NCBI GenBank assembly: GCA_002104905.1
Contig: MCFE01000192.1
Location: 72,785-136,784 of the forward strand
Source: Basidiobolus meristosporus CBS 931.73
Lineage: Eukaryota > Fungi > Basidiobolomycota
Direction of reading: 5' to 3'
DNA length: 64,000 nucleotides
The translations under genes were made by a program, and so were the position numbers. The notes beneath the pieces are model-generated. The model ran no database searches. It saw only the letters and a program-made list of their open reading frames with translations, and was not told where the DNA came from. This document shows positions 60,875-64,000 of this stretch, in pieces; the first letter of the stretch is position 1; each line of letters starts with the position of its first letter.

Positions 60875-63800
60875 TGTTGTAAGAGTCTTGGAGAAATTGG
60901 AAGTGATTGGAAGTGATTGGGAGGACAAGTAGATTATGTGGTTTTCACTTCATGATTTATCAAATGTAAAAGTAGTATTTATACTTTTACATGGTCTTGG
61001 CATTACAAACATGTTGAATAGGTTAAGGAAGGTCCCAAGAACATGTGTGCAAAGTTTGGGGCTGTTTGGACAACTTTGAGAATTTTCATGTTCTGGGTAC
61101 CTGGTATTATGGTGAAAATATTCTAAGTAAATCCTGACAAGGAATTTGGTCAGTATTCTCTAGGATTTGAGGGTAATGATCTAAGTGACTAAGTTGGGTG
61201 AATATTTAGGTGGAATTACAAATTTTTACAACACTCCCACTCAGCTAAATGTTCATACTGACTAGTCCTAATTTTGACCTAAGATATTCAAACTTTTCTC
61301 TAGCTAATGGTTTGGTAAATATGTCTGCAATCATTTCATCTGTAGGACAGTAAGCTAAGCTAACTAAGTTATTCTGTATAGCTTCACCTATGAAATGATG
61401 TCTAATATCTATGTGCTGCGTTCTAGCATGAAAAGCTGGATTTCTTACCTAATTGTATACATCCTTGACTATCTTGAAATAAAGTAATAGGCATTTTTTG
61501 ACATAGGCCTGAATCTGTAAAAAGCTTTCTTAGCCACATTGCTTCTTTTGTAGCTTCACAGGCTGCCACGTACTCTGCCTCTGTGGTAGAAAGTGCTACG
61601 GTTGGTTGCTTTCTTAAATTCCATGAAATTGCTCCTTTACAGTAAAGAAAGGTGTATCCTGTGGTGGATCTTCTGTCTTCCAAATTTTGTCCCCAATCAG
61701 CATCAGAGTATCCCACAAGATCCTGTTCTGAATCCTTATGAGTGTATCTTAAGCAGATATCAGCAGTTCCTTTTAGGTATCTAAAAATCCACTTAACTGC
61801 TGCAATGTGATCAGATCCATAGTTCTGATTATGTTGGCTGACAACTCCCACTGAATATGAGATATCTGGACATGTTCCAAGCATGATGTACATCAGACTG
61901 CCAACTATAGATTGATAAGGAAAGTCAGGGCTTTCAGATGGCACCAAGCTCTCTTGATTTGGTTGAGTTTTGACCAAGTTAAGGTTTGTCTCCATTGGGG
62001 TAGCTGCCGGTTTACAGTCTTCCATTTTGTACTTCTTTAGTATATCTTGAATATACTTGGATTGCCTTGGGGCAATAGTCTGGGTACTTCTGTCTATAGA
62101 GAACTTAATCCCTAAGTAGTAACTAAGTTCTCCTAGATTGGACATCTTGAACTCCTTAGATAGGCTGGATTTAGTCTCTTCCATTGTTTCTAAGTTATTG
62201 GTGGCTATAATAAGATCATCCACATATAGAGCTAATAGAACTGGATTTGCTCTTTCTGGCCTATAGTATATACTATAGTCAGCATTACTCCTTTTGAAAC
62301 TCAAAGATTCCAAATAAGAATCTATCTTGCAATTCCAGGCTCTTGGTGATTGTTTGAGACCATATAGTGACTTTTTAAGCTTGCAGACCAAACGGGGGTT
62401 ATCTTGGTCAACAAACCCATCAGGCTGGTTCATATACATGTCCTCATCAAGTTATCCATTCAAAAATGCAGTTTTTTCATCCATTGATGAATAAAAATCT
62501 TATATTTGGCTGCAATAGCCAAAATTAATCTGATGGAATTAAACTTGGCTACCAGTGCAAAGGTCTCAGTATAGTTAAGTCCTTTTGTTTGAGAGTATCC
62601 TTTGGCTACAAGTCTTGCTTTGTATCTTTCAATTGTACCATCAGCCTTGTATTTTGTCTTGAAGACCCATCTGCATCCAATTGATTTTTGGTTGATTGGT
62701 AATTTGACTAAGTCCCAAGTTTGATTTTCCATCAGGGCCTGATATTCATCAGTCATTGCAGATCTCCAAAACTTTGTCTGAGGGCTATTTAGGGCCTCTT
62801 GTACAGTCTGGGTTTCATCAACATGGACGGAATAGGCATAGACTAAGTTTGTACCCTCATTGATATAGTAATTTGGGCTATTTCTTGTCCAATTGGATCT
62901 CCGGGCATTTGATACTAGAATGATCACTTCTGGGATATTCCTGGGCACTGATTCTGGCTGAACCACAGTTGTAGAGTCCTCTGGAGTGAAAAAATCTTCA
63001 TTGTTTTGCTCTGATGCAATCCTGACAATTGGTGGACTTGTGATCAAATTTTTGTCATCATCTGATGTCATTTTTTGTGAGAATTTTGAATTTTCATCAA
63101 AAAACACATCCCTGGACTTGATCAGCTTCTTTGCTTTGGTATTGTAGAGTCTGTATGCCTTACTCTCATTGCAGTAGCACAAAAATATGCATTTTACACT
63201 TTTTGGCTCAAATTTTGACTGATTTCAGGCCAGTTTTTTGGTATATGCGGTACACCCAAATATTCTTGGATGTTCTGCACTTGATCTGTATCCATGCCAT
63301 GCCTCAAATGAAGTAGAATCACAAAGTATTCTGTTATAACTCCTATTTTTAAGGTATACAGCAGTGGCAACTGATTCCGCCCAAAAATCATAGGATAATT
63401 TTTGATCATGGATCATAGATCTTGCCATATCAATTATTGATCTGTTAGCTCATGTTCTGCTTACTCCATTTTGCTGTAGGGAGTATGGTACAGTAGTCTC
63501 TTGCTTTATCCCATGAATTTTGCAGAAGTGAATGAAGAGTTTTGAGGTATATTCTCCACCTTTGTCAGAGAATATTTTCTTGATTTCTTCACCAGTTTCT
63601 CTCTCCACCATGGCTTTAAGCTCCCTGAGCTTAGACAGAGCTTCTTCCTTTCTCTCCATGAAGTAGGCCCATGTGTATCTTGTCATAATCATCAATAAAA
63701 GTGATTAAATACTTCATCCCACCTAAGGAGTAAATTTTGCATAGTTCCACACAGATCTGAGTAAACTTAGATCTAATTTTTTCTTAGTTTTGATTAACCC

Positions 63801-64000
63801 AGAGCTCTTGAACAGTTGTCTGGCTTGTTTCCCATATATGCTGGCTTTACAGTGCTCCAAATTAGCTGGGGGATCAATTTTCACTCCAGAAATTAGCTGA
63901 TCTTTGATCATTTTATGCAAATAATCAAAATTGATGTGTCCAAATCTCCTATGCCAAAGCATTAGTGATTTTCTTCATTTAAGTTACTTATATTGGCTTC
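60875..64000 (-). mobile_element. Ty1/Copia family 1, least-decayed copy (3' LTR 60875-61233; RNase H, RT, integrase; 5' part off-window)
   Basis: ORFs 61423-62439 (LYGLKQSPRAW, LYVDDL, YSDADW) and 62460-63182 (KARLVAKG). PPT GCTGAGTGGGAG. The LTR carries a 10-bp duplication, GGAAGTGATT. Confidence 0.95.

Noticed and set aside
1-64000. CRISPR arrays, rRNA, tRNA, prokaryotic operons or defence systems
   Set aside because: I saw no regularly spaced short repeats or structural RNA signatures. The sequence is eukaryotic, and the repeats are explained by LTRs, TIRs and gene copies.

Overview
Eukaryotic DNA, most likely an early-diverging fungus. This is an inference from the 59-bp GT..CTAAT..AG intron, the animal-GLUT-like rather than yeast-HXT-like transporters, and fungal-type transposons. 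The window has two compartments. (1) 1-12.7 kb is CpG-normal and holds an array of GLUT/SLC2A-like sugar porters: four near-identical intronless copies (three on -, one on +; the first is cut by the window edge), one internally deleted relic copy with its promoter still recognisable, and one diverged intron-bearing paralog. The four copies match only between ATG and stop and are reciprocal mosaics, which points to gene conversion. (2) 12.75-64 kb is CpG-depleted and consists of nested, decayed transposons. These include many copies of a CACTA/CMC-type family with CCCTATGAAAAA termini, a 3-bp TSD and a divergently transcribed uncharacterised second gene; two Ty1/Copia families; a Ty3/Gypsy family; and an orphan 1.07-kb solo LTR. 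There is also a PHIS-superfamily (Harbinger/ISL2EU-like) transposase end and a 731-bp foldback palindrome that shares its terminal repeat. Three TSD-supported insertions landed inside older copies of their own family. I found no intact host gene beyond 12.6 kb, and no rRNA, tRNA or CRISPR array. All counts and alignments were done by eye.
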